From Barthelona sp. PCE (lineage: Eukaryota), in assembly GCA_040285745.1 (NCBI GenBank), contig JAUFOR010000008.1:1-64000 (forward strand): DNA of 64,000 nucleotides, written 5' to 3'. Of the stretch, positions 1 to 11,802 are shown in pieces. The position numbers were made by a program, and so were the translations under genes. A model generated the notes under the pieces. It worked only from the letters and a program-made list of their open reading frames with translations, was not told where the DNA came from and ran no database searches. The first letter of the stretch is position 1; each line of letters begins with the position of its first letter.

Positions 1-3000
1 AAATTAAGCAAGCAGAGTTCGTTGAGTCAGATGTTGGCACTAACACGACGAAAAGTTTCTTCAAAACAACAGGAGAGCCCCGTCCATAGAAATAATTCGA
101 CAAAATGTTCAAGGATCAGTGGAGGGCTTGGTGCACTGACTTCCAGAGACTATTGTCTTACGCAGTATTGAAGGTGAGAAGATGGAAACCGTTGGTAACG
201 TCTTTCGCCCAGTAACGAGGACAACTCGTTATTACATGCTATCCTGAAAGTATGCAGCACTGGTTGATGATGATTGTACATGCTATCAATGAGAAGTTTG
301 GAGACGAGAGATCACATACTTGGATGACTATAAGGCGTGTCGCTTCTGAGTGAAAAGGAAGGATGAGCGTTGCAGGATTTTCCAGCATCCGGCAGCAATC
401 AATTTCGTTAGAAGCGTGTTCTTGTAAGGAAATTCAGAAATGACCTGCGTGGCCAGAATGTTTATCATTGGCAGAATGTAGAACCGTTCACGGATAATTT
501 CTATTTCGTGATGTTTGCGTTTATCAAGGCCTGTTTGGAATTTAATGGAAGTAGAAACTTGTACGAGCTCTTCCCATTTTTTAGTAGTAGAATGATTCCC
601 CATGTTGGAATATTTTTAAGGTGAAAGTGATCCAGAATCAAAATTGGGATTTGTCTTCCAAGAAGTTGGAGCGCCAGCATTGGTTAACCGGAACCAGTCA
701 CAGTCACATACATTGGATGCTGACCTGGTAGATACTAACCCGACGCCTTCAATTCCTGTTACGAGCAGTGAAAACAACCAAGCTCCTCCTATTATAATGC
801 CATACCCAGTTTCAAGTTCTCGTATGGAATACACTCTTCCCCATTTTACTAAATGACCTGCTGGTCTGATTCAATCAGACTTGTAGTAACTGACGGTAAT
901 AGTTGAAATTGCTGAGAGAAGAGTTGCTGGAAGATTTCTTTGAGAACTTCTGGGCGCTTATATTGTATGTTAATCCACCAAAGATTGGCCTTCAGGCAGA
1001 GCGGTAATATTGAAACACTCCAGAGAATCAAGGAGTTTGTCAACAAATTGTCTGGGGTCCTGGGTCATATCTCTTTATGACCAGACCAGACAAAGACGAT
1101 GCTCTAGGAAGTTTTTTTTAATGAGTTTGGTTTTTCAGAAAGTTATCGAGAACCGATAATTTAATTGGTGATAAGAAATCAAGAAAAGCTATGGCTTCTG
1201 GTGTCCTGAAGATTGGTTTGTTAATTACGGGAATAACCCATTACGTGAGTCTCAACGGCGTATAGGCGAGGGCCTAATAGTTTTGCAGCTTCTGCGCTAT
1301 GTTTTGCAAGACGCCGAGGCAACGTCCGTCCAGCCATCTGTTGAGGCCTTAGGAGTCTGTAAGCCTCGTATGAAGAAGTACGCAGATGCCAAATTCAACC
1401 AGGGAAAGCCATAAGGCTGCAAAGAGTCAAGGTACCATGCCCTTTTGGTCAGATTAATTAACGTGCTGGGAGATGCAATCAAAGCTTATCCAGTCAGTGC
1501 ACCAGTTTCGATGCGATTCTTAAAAAGCGAAACCATGAGTTCTTTCAAGAGAGGTGTGAGTGGGACCCTTGAGGAATTCAATATCGAAAGATATGAGACG
1601 AGACCACCAAAAAAATAAAAAGTACATTTCTGCCGTGGTGCTGATGGAGGATTTGCCATATTTACTTAAGTTGATGGCTGAAATCTATCGTAACGATCGC
1701 TACATGGATGCTTTTACCCGGTTATCAAATCGATTATGCGTTCGATCTGCGCCTGGGCCCTTTGGAATATCCGACTGATAACTGTTCTAACAAAAAAGCA
1801 TGTGATGAGCTTCAAGAGGGGTGAGCATATGCCTGTACGCCCCAACGCAGCTGCCTGCACTGACCTCGCTGATAAGATCATCGCAGTGAGTCAAGGATCC
1901 AGTTTTTTCCAGTCCGAACGTCAACCTACTGGTTTCTTCACAAACAAACTGCGCTGGATGGGATGCTACTCGTTTGGTCGCAAACCGTTGATGTTAATCC
2001 AAAGCGAAGATCGTATTGTTGTTCTTTAAAAGCATTCATGCCTTCAATAGTTCATGTCGACAAGCTGCTGTATTATCGCTGCACATGTCCTTGAAGCTTC
2101 CAAGCATATCATCGATGTGTAAAAAGGCCAATCTGATTTGGTCGAATGAGCCTTCCTTTGATAGTTGTATGGCGGTTACAGGTAACGCAACGCTCCGTTG
2201 TTGTTTGTTCTTCTTATTGCTGAAGTGCTTGAAGGATACGATTGTTTTAGCCCCAGATCCAGTCAATATGTACGCGTATGCTGACGATATTTATATTGTT
2301 AAACCATGAACTGTCATGTCAACCTTTGATGTAACCCATGGTAAGCTCGAGTTCTATAAACCTGGAAAGTGAATGCTGAGAAGTGAGAGCTGTGGGGTAG
2401 TGAGTGGGAATTGCTTTTTGCTTCAAGGATATTTCCAAGAGGTGAAGAGTAAGAGAACATCGCTACCTACAACTGCTTTAGCTTTTTTTATCAATTGTTA
2501 GAATGATTGCTGAATTAATGTTACAATGTATGCGCAAGATTTAGCAATGGCGTCAAACAACTACTCAATTATAAGTCCAGGGAGCTTTTGTTTCAAACAT
2601 CTTGCTTCTAAGTGTGATTGATCAGATGCTCATTCATCACGTACGCTCGGTGACTCCTACTGAAGATGCGGTTGATGATAAGGAAAGGACCATCAAACAG
2701 AATTTACTTGAGATGATTCCTGGATGAGATATCGATCGTGATGAAGCTCCAACTCCATCCTTTGTTTCTCTCGGGTGGGTTGTCTCTAGACTTTGTATTT
2801 TTCTGCCAAAATAGCTGATCGCCGTACCAGTTTTAACAAGTCAATCAAAGCGTTTTCAATTTGATTTAGAGGGTCGGATTTCACGCTAGGCTTAGCCCAT
2901 TATTTGGGTCGCGTTTAGATTCTAACCCATGAAGAAAAGATAACAAACCCTACTTATGCCGGATGCTCATTACCAAGATGAGATCACAAATAAACTTTGG

Positions 3001-4097
3001 GAAGCAGTTTTAACAGTGAAACAAAGCATGAATTTGTTTCAAATTTACTGTGGCTTGCTAAACTATGGGCAGCACACCTGATGGAGTCGTAACGATGTTG
3101 AGATCATGGCTTTAATATTGTAAAGGTCAAAAAAAGCAAACTACAAAACATTCACCGTGTTTTTTGTTTTAAGATGCGATCAAACATTGTCGTTTCCATC
3201 CAGAATCATTTATATCCCGAGACGCCTTGATCCTTCCAGCGTTCTTTTTGCCTGGTCACTGATGCTACTGTCGCCATGGCCCCAAAGGTCAGTTGCCAAT
3301 ATTCATTCAATGTTTGATGAGCTACATGTTTGGCGGCGCTTTTGTATTGATATATACCAATTGTTTGTCCCTGAACTTCGAAATGTACGCCTCTGGGCGG
3401 CAACTTTGAGAGAAGGTTTTGGACAGAAGAAGTCATCATTATTCTTGTTCAAAAAATCACGGTCTTGTCGTCAAACTGCACAACAACATTCTTGAGAAAA
3501 CAGTTGATACTGTTCGAAAATCAGGAAACGCTCATATTTTCAACTGATAAATAATTCCTAAAAGAAAGTTTGAGGATTACAGTGACATACATATACATTA
3601 GGTTGGACACACAGTGAAAGCGGTGAGTCGTACCCCAATCGGAAAGAACGTAAGCGACCAGATTTTGCAATACTGGAAGGCGGACCCAAGGTTGTGGTGG
3701 ATGTTACTGACTTTCCCATCGCCGTTCACGAGCAAAGATCGAGGTCACGCAGCCTTATTTAAGCACAGAAGCTAAATAAGTAAAAACTTTGATGACCCGC
3801 CATCAAGATTATGGGCGTTGCACGGGAGAACCATTTTGGGATCGATAGGGGAACCGACGTCGAAGGCACGCGAGAAATACAATTTTCAGGCTAACCACAA
3901 ATCGTGGGAAAATTGCTCGAGCTGTTAGAACGAGAGATCAACGTCGCAATCAATTAAGACCAGTGAAACGAGCTAAAAGGTCTGTCTTATCTATTTGCTT
4001 TTCACGCTTTTTGAAGAACATTATGAGGGCGCGGCAAGGAGCAGGCGCAGAGTCCACAGTTAGCAGAAGCTAGCAAACTACGAGAACTGGACAGCTT
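1..4097 (+). mobile_element. Degenerate or low-quality copy (copy 0) of the CRE-like non-LTR retrotransposon, 5' part outside the window
   Basis: Colinear with 5280-9490. Remnants include YAYADDIYIV (ORF 2016-2309) and WPQRSVANIHSMFDE (ORF 3157-3495). Dense indels throughout. The 3' end is fused into the 711-bp module. Confidence 0.9.
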
Positions 4098-7000
4098 GGA
4101 GGACGTCGTTTTGGTGTCGTTACGATCGCTGAATACGAAAAAATGGGCACAAATAGTGAATATGAAGAAAACGTTTTTAGTTGTGATGCAGAACGATTCT
4201 AAAGGGGTTAGACCCAGCAGATCAGCATGTATCGGGTGCGTAGACGCGCTTTTACAAGCACAGAAGCGCCCAAACAACTTTGAACAAAATTCAAATTCCA
4301 AAACTTCTACAGTGATGGTTTTTTCGCTATTTCCATGTCCTGGCCCTCCTCAAGAGGCGCTTTCGACGTATTCAAGCAGGGAATTTTTGTTGCAGATGCA
4401 TGATGCGGGGATTTTGTTGTTTTACAGCAGATTTCAGCCATGGCAAGACACTACGTCAAGCTTTGTTAGAGTGTTTTATCCCATGGGTCCCCCTGCGGGC
4501 ATGAGACATCTTTATAATCATGCCATCTCGCTTTACAATTTTCAATCAATTTCAAGCCGTTTCGCCGCTATTTTTTCGATGATTCCGAGCAGTAACAGGT
4601 CCTCTGGGGCGCCCCACGTACTCTACGACCACCAATATACGCCATTTGAGCCCATATGCCTGCGTAAGGTAGATGAAGACTTTGGTAAATTTGGGTCACG
4701 TTATGCCGGTTTTGTCAAGATACTTGTCCACAAGCTCTACTCAGAGTGGGCCTACTGCAAACTTCAGAATTTATTTTTCCAAGATATGATTTGTGGTAGC
4801 TTATGGAGTTCACGATTTTTAACATCACTTCATTCGATCATTATGCCCCGCACACGGGCCCAAGCTGTCCCCCACGACACTGTGTTATCATTATATGCAT
4901 GCCACGACGCTATTTTCATGGTTTCGTGCGTTTTGCAACTGTGTCGTGTTCTGTCGCTAAAACTGACAAGTAGTGTGGTAGAATATCTCTACCGACAGTC
5001 ACAGCTCAACCTTGTGACCCTTTCTCTTCACAATACATTATCAGATACTTTTTCAGATACTGCAGACTCATTTCCCCCACTTCCAGAGTGGAATTATGAT
5101 GATGATTATTATTTGTACGAAGAGCAAGAAGTATCTAGGACTCCTCCTGCAGCTTATGTACGCAATCCAGAAATAGAGAGGGTATATGAGGAACTCGAAA
5201 CAATGTTAGCCAATCCAAGTGATACTACGCCACATAGTCCTTTGCAAACACTTATGTATTTTAAGGAAGATGTCAAGTACCAACTAACAGAGTTCGGTGA
5301 GCAGATGTTGTCAATAATTCAAAGGACGAAAGTTTCTTCAAACAACAGGAGAGCCCCGTCCATAGAAATAATTCGACAAAATGTTCATGATCAGTGGAGT
5401 GGCTTGTGCACTGACGCAGATTGGTTGTCTTTACGCAGTATTGAAGGTGAGAAGATGGAAACCGTTGGTGTACGTCTTTCAAGCCCAGGTACACGAGGAC
5501 AACTCGTTATTGCACATGCTATCCTGAAAGTATGCAGCACTGGTGTTGATGCAAACGAGATTGTACATGCTATCAATGAGAAGTTTGGAGACGAGAGATT
5601 CACACATTTGGATGACACTATAAGGCGTGTCGCTTCTGAGGAAAAGGAAGATGAGCGTTGCAGGATTTTACATCCGGCAGCAATCAATTTCGTTAGAAGT
5701 GTGTCTTGTATGAAATTCAGAATGGACTCGCGTGGCCAGAATGTTTATCATTGGCAGAATGTAGAACCGTTCACGGATAATTTCTATTTCGTGATGTTTG
5801 CGTTTATCAAGGCCTGTTTGGAATTTAATGGAAGTAGAAACTTGTACTGTCTCTTCCCATGTTTTAGTAGTAGAATGATTCCTCTACTCAGTCATATTTT
5901 TAAGGTGGAAAGTGATCCAGAATCGCATGATTCTGTCTTCCAAGAAGTTGGAGCGCCAGCATTGGTTAACCGGAACCAGTCACAGTCACATACATTGGAT
6001 GTTGACCCGGTAGATACTAACCCGACGCCTTCAATTCCTGTTACGAGCAGTGTTACCAACCAAGCTCCTCCTATTATGAGCAATGTTACATACCCAGTTT
6101 CAAGTTCTCGTATGGAATACACTTTCCCCATTTTACTGTACGACCCGCTGGTCCGATTCAATCGACTTTGTGCAACTGACGGTAATAGCGAAATTGCTGA
6201 GAGAAGAGTTGCTGAAGATTTCTTTGGAGAACTTCTGGGCGCTTATTGCGCTAATCCACCGCGATTGCCTCAGTGGCAGAGCGGTAATATTGAAACACTT
6301 GTGAGAATCAAGGAGTTTGTCAACAAATTGTCCGGGGTTCTGGCTCTACATTCTTTACGACCAGACCTAGACAAAGACGATGCTCTAGAAGTTTTTAATG
6401 AGTTTGTTTTTCAGAAAGTTATCGAGAACCAAGATAATTTAATTGGTGATAAGAAATCAAGAAAGCTATATTTCTGTGTCCTGAAGATTGGTTTGTTAAT
6501 ACGGAATACTCCATTACGTGAGTCTCAACGATGTATAGGCGAGGCTCTAATAGTTGCAGCTTCTGCGCTATGTTTTGGTAAGACGCCGAGGCAACGTTCC
6601 AATCAGCCATCCGTTGAGTCTAGGGAGTCTGTAAGCCTTCGAATGAAGAAGTACGCAGACGCCAACCAACCAGGAAAGGCCATAAGGCTAGCAAAGAGTC
6701 AAGGTACCATGCCTTTATCAGATACTAACGTGCTGGAACAGATGCAATCAAAGCATCCAGTCAGTGCACCAGTTTCTGATGCGATTCTGCGCGAAACCAT
6801 GAGTTCTTTCAAGAGAGGTGAGTGGGACCCTGAGGAATTCATAATATCGAAAGATATGGTGTATGAGACCACCAAAAAAGTCAAAAAGTACATTTCTGCC
6901 GGTGCCGATGGAGTGATGCCATATTTACTTAAGTTATTTGTGGCTGAAATCTATCGTAACGATCGCTACATGGATGCTTTTACTCAAGTTATCAATGATT

Positions 7001-9434
7001 ATGCGTTCGGATCGCGCCCGTGGGCCCTTTGGAATATCCGACTAATTGCTCTTAACAAAAAGCATGTGGAGGAGCTTCAAGAGGGTGAGCATATGCCTGT
7101 ACGCCCCATCGCAGTTGCCTCTGCACTCGGTGGTATCGCTGATAAGATCATCGCGAGTCAAGATCTGAAGTTTCAGTCTGAACGTGTCAAAAAGTACTTG
7201 TTTAAACACAAACAATTCGGTGCTGGGATGCGGGATGCTACTGCTTTGGTCGCAAACCTCGTGGATGTTAATCTAAAGCGAAGTGATCGTAATGTTGCTC
7301 TTGTTATTGACATTGCTAACGCCTTCAACAGCGTTCGTCGTGACAAGCTGCTGCATATTGTCGCTGCACATGCTCCTTGGTGCTTCCAAGCATATCATCA
7401 GATGTGCAAAAGGCCAATTCCGATTTGGTCGAATGGAGAGCGCCTTCCTTTTGATAGTTGTATGGGCGTGTTACAGGGTAACGCAACGTCTCCGTTGTTG
7501 TTTGCTCTTCTTATTGCTGAAGTTTTGAAGGATACGAAAGCCGTAGCCCCAGATTCAGTCAATATGTACGCGTATGCTGACGATATTTATATTGTTGGTG
7601 AACCATCAACTGTCATGTCAACCTTTGATGTAATCAAGGGTAAGCTCGAGTTCTATAACCTGAAAGTGAATGCTGAGAAGTGTGAGCTGGTGGGGTATGG
7701 AGCCGGGAGTATTGCTTTCGCTTCAAGGATATTTCCAAGAGGTGAAGAGCAAGAGAACATCGCTACCCACAACTTAAGCTTAGCTTTTTATCAATTGTTA
7801 GGTACTCAGATTGGCGACTTTAATGTTAGTCATGCATGCGCAAGATTTAGCAATGGCGTCAAACAACTTCTCGAGTATATAAGTCCAGGGACAGCTTTGT
7901 TCAAGTATCTTGCTTCTATGTCGATTGATCAGATGCTCATTCATCACGTACGCTCGGTGACTCTCACTGAAGATGCGGTTGATGATATGGAAAGGACCAT
8001 CAAACAGAATTTACTTCTTGAGATGATTCCTGGAGCCGATGAGTTATCGATCGATGAAGCTCCAACTCTCCGTTATCCTTTGTCTCTTGGTGGGACTGGT
8101 TGTCTAGACTTTGTGTTTCTCCACAAAATAGCTGACTTGGCAAGTACCGCTTCGGTAAGTAGCTCAATCAAGCGTTTCAATTTGATTGAGTGGTCGGATT
8201 TCACTAGGCTTAGCCCACGTTATTTGGCCGCAGCTAGATTCAACTATGACAAAGATAACAAACCCTACTTTATGCCGGATGCTCATTACCAAGATGAGGA
8301 TTGCCAACACAAACTTGTGGAAGCAGTTTCTCTTAACAGTGAAACAAAGCATGAATTTGCTTCAAATTTACTGTGGCTTGCCGTAAACTATGGGCAGCAC
8401 ACTCAGATGGAGTCGTACGATGTTGAGATCAGTATGGCTACTAATATTGTGCGTCAAAAAGCAAACTACAAAACATTCTCACAAAACGTTTTTTCGAATT
8501 GTTTGATTATGCGATCAAACATTGTCGTTTCCATCCAGAATCATTTATATCCCGAGACGCCTTGATGTCTCAGCGTTCTGTTGCCTGGTCACTCGATGCT
8601 ACCGTCGCCACATGGCCCCAAAGGTCAGTTGCCAATATTCATTCAATGTTTGATGAGCGTTACATGTTTGGTTATGCTTTAGCCGGTATATACCAATTGT
8701 TGTTCCCTGAACTTCGCGAAATGTACGCCTCTGGGCGGTGCAACTTCTGTGGAGAGAAGGTTTTGGACAGAAGAAGTCATCATTATTCTTGTTCAAAAAA
8801 TCACGGTCTTGTCGTCAAACTGCACAACAACATTCTTGAGAAAACAGTTGATACTGTTCGAAAGTCAGGAAATGCTCATATTTTCAACTTGGATAAGCCA
8901 ATTCCTAAAAGAAAGTTTGAGGAGTACAGTGACATACATCGTGTACAATTGGGTTGGACACATGAACGGTACGAAAGTGGTGAGTCGTGCCCCAATCGGA
9001 AAGAACGTAAGCGACCAGATTTTGCAATACTGGAAGCAAGCGGACCCAAGGTTGTGGTGGATGTTATGACTACATCGCCGTTCACGAGCAAAGATCGAGG
9101 TCACGTACGTGCAGCCTATTTTTACAAGAAGCTAAATAAGTACAAAAACTTTGATGACCCGCCGGTCAAGATTATGGCCGTTGCGCACGGAGGAGCCATT
9201 TGGGATCCGATGTTGTGGGAACCGACGTCGAAGGCACGCGAGAAATACAATTTCGAGCTAGCTTACACGTCGTGGGAACAGGTGCTCGAGTCGTTGAACG
9301 AGAGATCAACGTCGCAATCAATTAAGACCAGTGGAACGAAACTTAAAAAAGGTCTTAGCTACCATCTATTTGCTTTTCACGCTTATGCTATGAAGAACAT
9401 TATGAGGGCAGCAAGGAGCAGGCGTAGAGTCTGA
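4096..9434 (+). CDS. Non-LTR retrotransposon protein: RT + CCHC knuckle + PD-(D/E)xK endonuclease (ORFs 4096-8565 and 8499-9434, split by a probable homopolymer error near 8490)
   Basis: RT motifs RPIAVAS, QFGAG, DIANAFNSV, GVLQGNATSPLLF, YADD, LKVNAEKC and the CRE-like PLSLGGTG. CNFC-x9-H-x3-C knuckle, then KLHN, RKRPD, VVDV and KKLNKY. The true start codon is uncertain. Confidence 0.9.
4098..4596 (+). repeat. Partial 711-bp module ending in the 31-bp repeat CGCTATTTTTTCGATGATTCCGAGCAGTAAC
   Basis: Near-identical to 28293-28791. The 31-bp repeat is at 4566-4596. Confidence 0.9.
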
Positions 9435-9518
9435 TACTAACAGTTAGCAGAAGACCAAGGAACAGTACATACGAGAATCCGGGACAGCTTGCTCGAAAAC
9501 TAATAAACTATTTACTAC
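4597..9518 (+). mobile_element. CRE-clade (RLE-type) non-LTR retrotransposon, copy 1 core (AGGTCCTCTGG ... AATAAACTATTTACTAC)
   Basis: Ends were defined by comparing the six copies. Encodes RT and a C-terminal restriction-like endonuclease. No LTRs. Confidence 0.92.
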
Positions 9519-9786
9519 AAAAATGAAGTTAAAACGTATAAAAACGTAAAAAAAAACAACTCACAAAAACTACGGTTTTCAATATAGAACACTTAAAAAA
9601 AGTGTGATTGTTGACATTAATCAGACCTCAAACGATATTAAGTTCATTATAGGCAATATAATGATTGAAAAAAAAAGCAAAATTTTTCTACTTTCTAAAT
9701 AACCTTGCTCCTTATTCCTATAGACCTGAAAACACGTTTACAGACCGTTTTCGTGCATTCTGACGGTTCAAAAAATGCAAATAAAA

Positions 9787-9905
9787 AGCTTACAGCACTT
9801 GGGATTCCCGCGGGCTCTCGCAACGCAGTACTAACCAAGCCCTAACCTGCTTAACCTCAGTGTTCGGGATGAGAACTGGCGTTTCCAGGTTGGTATGGCC
9901 GAAGC
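9787..9905 (-). rRNA. 5S rRNA: 5S rRNA gene
   Basis: The reverse complement GCTTCGGCCATACC...CCGAACACTGAGGTTAAGC...GGTTAGTACT...GGGAATCCCAAGTGCTGTAAGCT fits the eukaryotic 5S consensus. About 119 nt, with paired ends and an oligo-T Pol III terminator. Confidence 0.96.
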
Positions 9906-10009
9906 TGGAAATCTTAGTCGATTTTCAAAACTCGGATCTACATACCAAAATGTTGTAAAAAAAAATCTCAAGTTCGTGGCTTCACTAATAAATTCAATGG
10001 AGAAGGGCG

Positions 10010-10645
10010 TTATCCTCTATCCTACACCTTGGATGGTTTACTGAAGTGACAGCCTGCATGTTGGGAGGGCAGACAGAACGAACCGTTAGACAGGACGGGT
10101 ACGGATCAATCAAGATACCGCCGCACGCTACGTACCCGTAGAGCCATGATTAGTGGCTAACTGTCTCGCTATTGAGAAAATATGACGAAATTTTTTGTAA
10201 AATTTCTTGATAAAACTTACCTGCGTTCTTTCTGCACTAGGATATAATTTATGCAGAAGATGATGAAAGACTTTCTTGGATAATCCAGCACAGAATGTGT
10301 GCGGAGTAGTTTTTTCCAAGCTCACGGAAAAACAACAAAAAGTTTCGAAGATTATGTCGAAATTTAACTTTCTGGTTTTTTGTCTTTTTTAATTTTTTTG
10401 AATTCAGGAAAGAAATCGAAAAGCAGTTACTCGAGTCCGAGTAACTTAGCTAGGATTATTCTTTAACTCTCACTATCAGTGTATGTCATCTAGGTTTCGG
10501 GTGCATCAAGATTCCGATTGCCATCAACTACATTATCCTCTATCCTACACCTTGGATGGTTTACTGAAGTGACAGCCTGCATGTTGGGAGGGCAGACAGA
10601 ACGAACCGTTAGACAGGACGGGTACGGATCAATCAAGATACCGCC
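10010..10645 (-). repeat. Element A 3' split direct repeats B1-A2-(270 bp)-B2
   Basis: 113-bp repeat 10010-10122 = 10533-10645. 140-bp repeat 10393-10532 = 22974-23113. A2 and B1 abut, as in a circle-junction template. Confidence 0.93.
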
Positions 10646-11802
10646 CATTCTCGTATCTGGTTTATACTGTACAGTTCCCCCGGCATGGCGTACTCCAGGT
10701 CGTGAATATCCAGGTAATACTTATTCATGGTTTCATTGGCGCTCCAGCCCCCAATCTGTCTGGCTGTGTCTTTGTCACCATGAATTTTGATAATATCTTG
10801 GCATCTCCCCGCTCTTATGGCGTGGGGGTTGAATCTCGCTCCAGGCGGTGCACCTATGAGGTTTGGATCGTCAAAGACGGTGTTAAACCTTTTTAGAATT
10901 TTTGCTTCCCGGTCTTTTGCTCCTGTACCTAGGAGTAACGCGGTGCCCTGCCGCTTCGTTTCGAGTGCATGCACAATAAACGGCGCAAATACACTTTCGT
11001 ACCAATATTTTTGGGGAATTGTTGCAAAACGTCCTTTTCGGCTTTTCCCTTGCGTTTTATGCTTTGGGATCATCACTGAGAGGGATTTCTCCATGCTATT
11101 TTCATGAAGAGTGATCTCAAGGTGTCGTTTTTCTATAAAATTCAATTCTCCCGATCTACAACCGAGAATGTAGTGGATCGACAGTATTTGGCAGTCCAGG
11201 ATGCATTGTTCGACCTCCTGTGAGACCATAGCACTTATTTGGTCTCGTGGAGAAAAAATGTCCTCTCGGAGCTTCATGATAGACTCATGGGCGCTCTCTT
11301 GGACGAGGAACAGCAGCCTCTGGACCACAGACGCTCTTATAGCGCATTTATAACTGTATAATTTGGGGATTGCTCCACTTTCATCGGTTATGATCTTTGT
11401 ACGCGCTGAAATGAGGTACTGCCTGTCTTTATCGCAGGCGTCCTCCCAGCAACCGGTTGTAAGCAGTCTAATAACTCTCAGGGAGCTTCTTAGAAGGGAT
11501 CCGTATGTATCAAGAGTGCTACTCTTGTAATACAGGATTAGGGCTGTGTTGCCTTCGGGCGATTCGCCCTTTTCGGCTCTCTCCGCTAGGTCAGCTATGC
11601 ATAAACCTACTAACAGATTGCAGTGGCTTGGATTTTTTATCCAGCCATACATCCTCCTTATTGCATTCTGATTAGCTTCAATGTACTGTCTAAATAGTTT
11701 GAGGGCGGTCCTGGCTGTGCTTAAGGAACCTTTTCTGAAGAACAGCGCCAGGAGATCGTCAATTCTCATTGTATTGGCTGGAAACCTAAAGTGTTTCTTC
11801 AC
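10633..11802 (-). CDS. Tyrosine recombinase of element A
   Basis: Catalytic set R (GCRSGEL), K (KHKT), HxxR (HAIRAG), W (GGW), Y (KYY). The stop codon lies inside the B1 repeat. Confidence 0.93.
   Translation of the reverse strand: MKKHFRFPANTMRIDDLLALFFRKGSLSTARTALKLFRQYIEANQNAIRRMYGWIKNPSHCNLLVGLCIADLAERAEKGESPEGNTALILYYKSSTLDTYGSLLRSSLRVIRLLTTGCWEDACDKDRQYLISARTKIITDESGAIPKLYSYKCAIRASVVQRLLFLVQESAHESIMKLREDIFSPRDQISAMVSQEVEQCILDCQILSIHYILGCRSGELNFIEKRHLEITLHENSMEKSLSVMIPKHKTQGKSRKGRFATIPQKYWYESVFAPFIVHALETKRQGTALLLGTGAKDREAKILKRFNTVFDDPNLIGAPPGARFNPHAIRAGRCQDIIKIHGDKDTARQIGGWSANETMNKYYLDIHDLEYAMPGELYSINQIREWAVS

Noticed and set aside
8450-8565. Programmed frameshift or two-ORF structure between CRE RT and endonuclease
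   Set aside because: A- and T-run lengths differ among copies and copy 5 reads through, so it is best explained as sequencing error.
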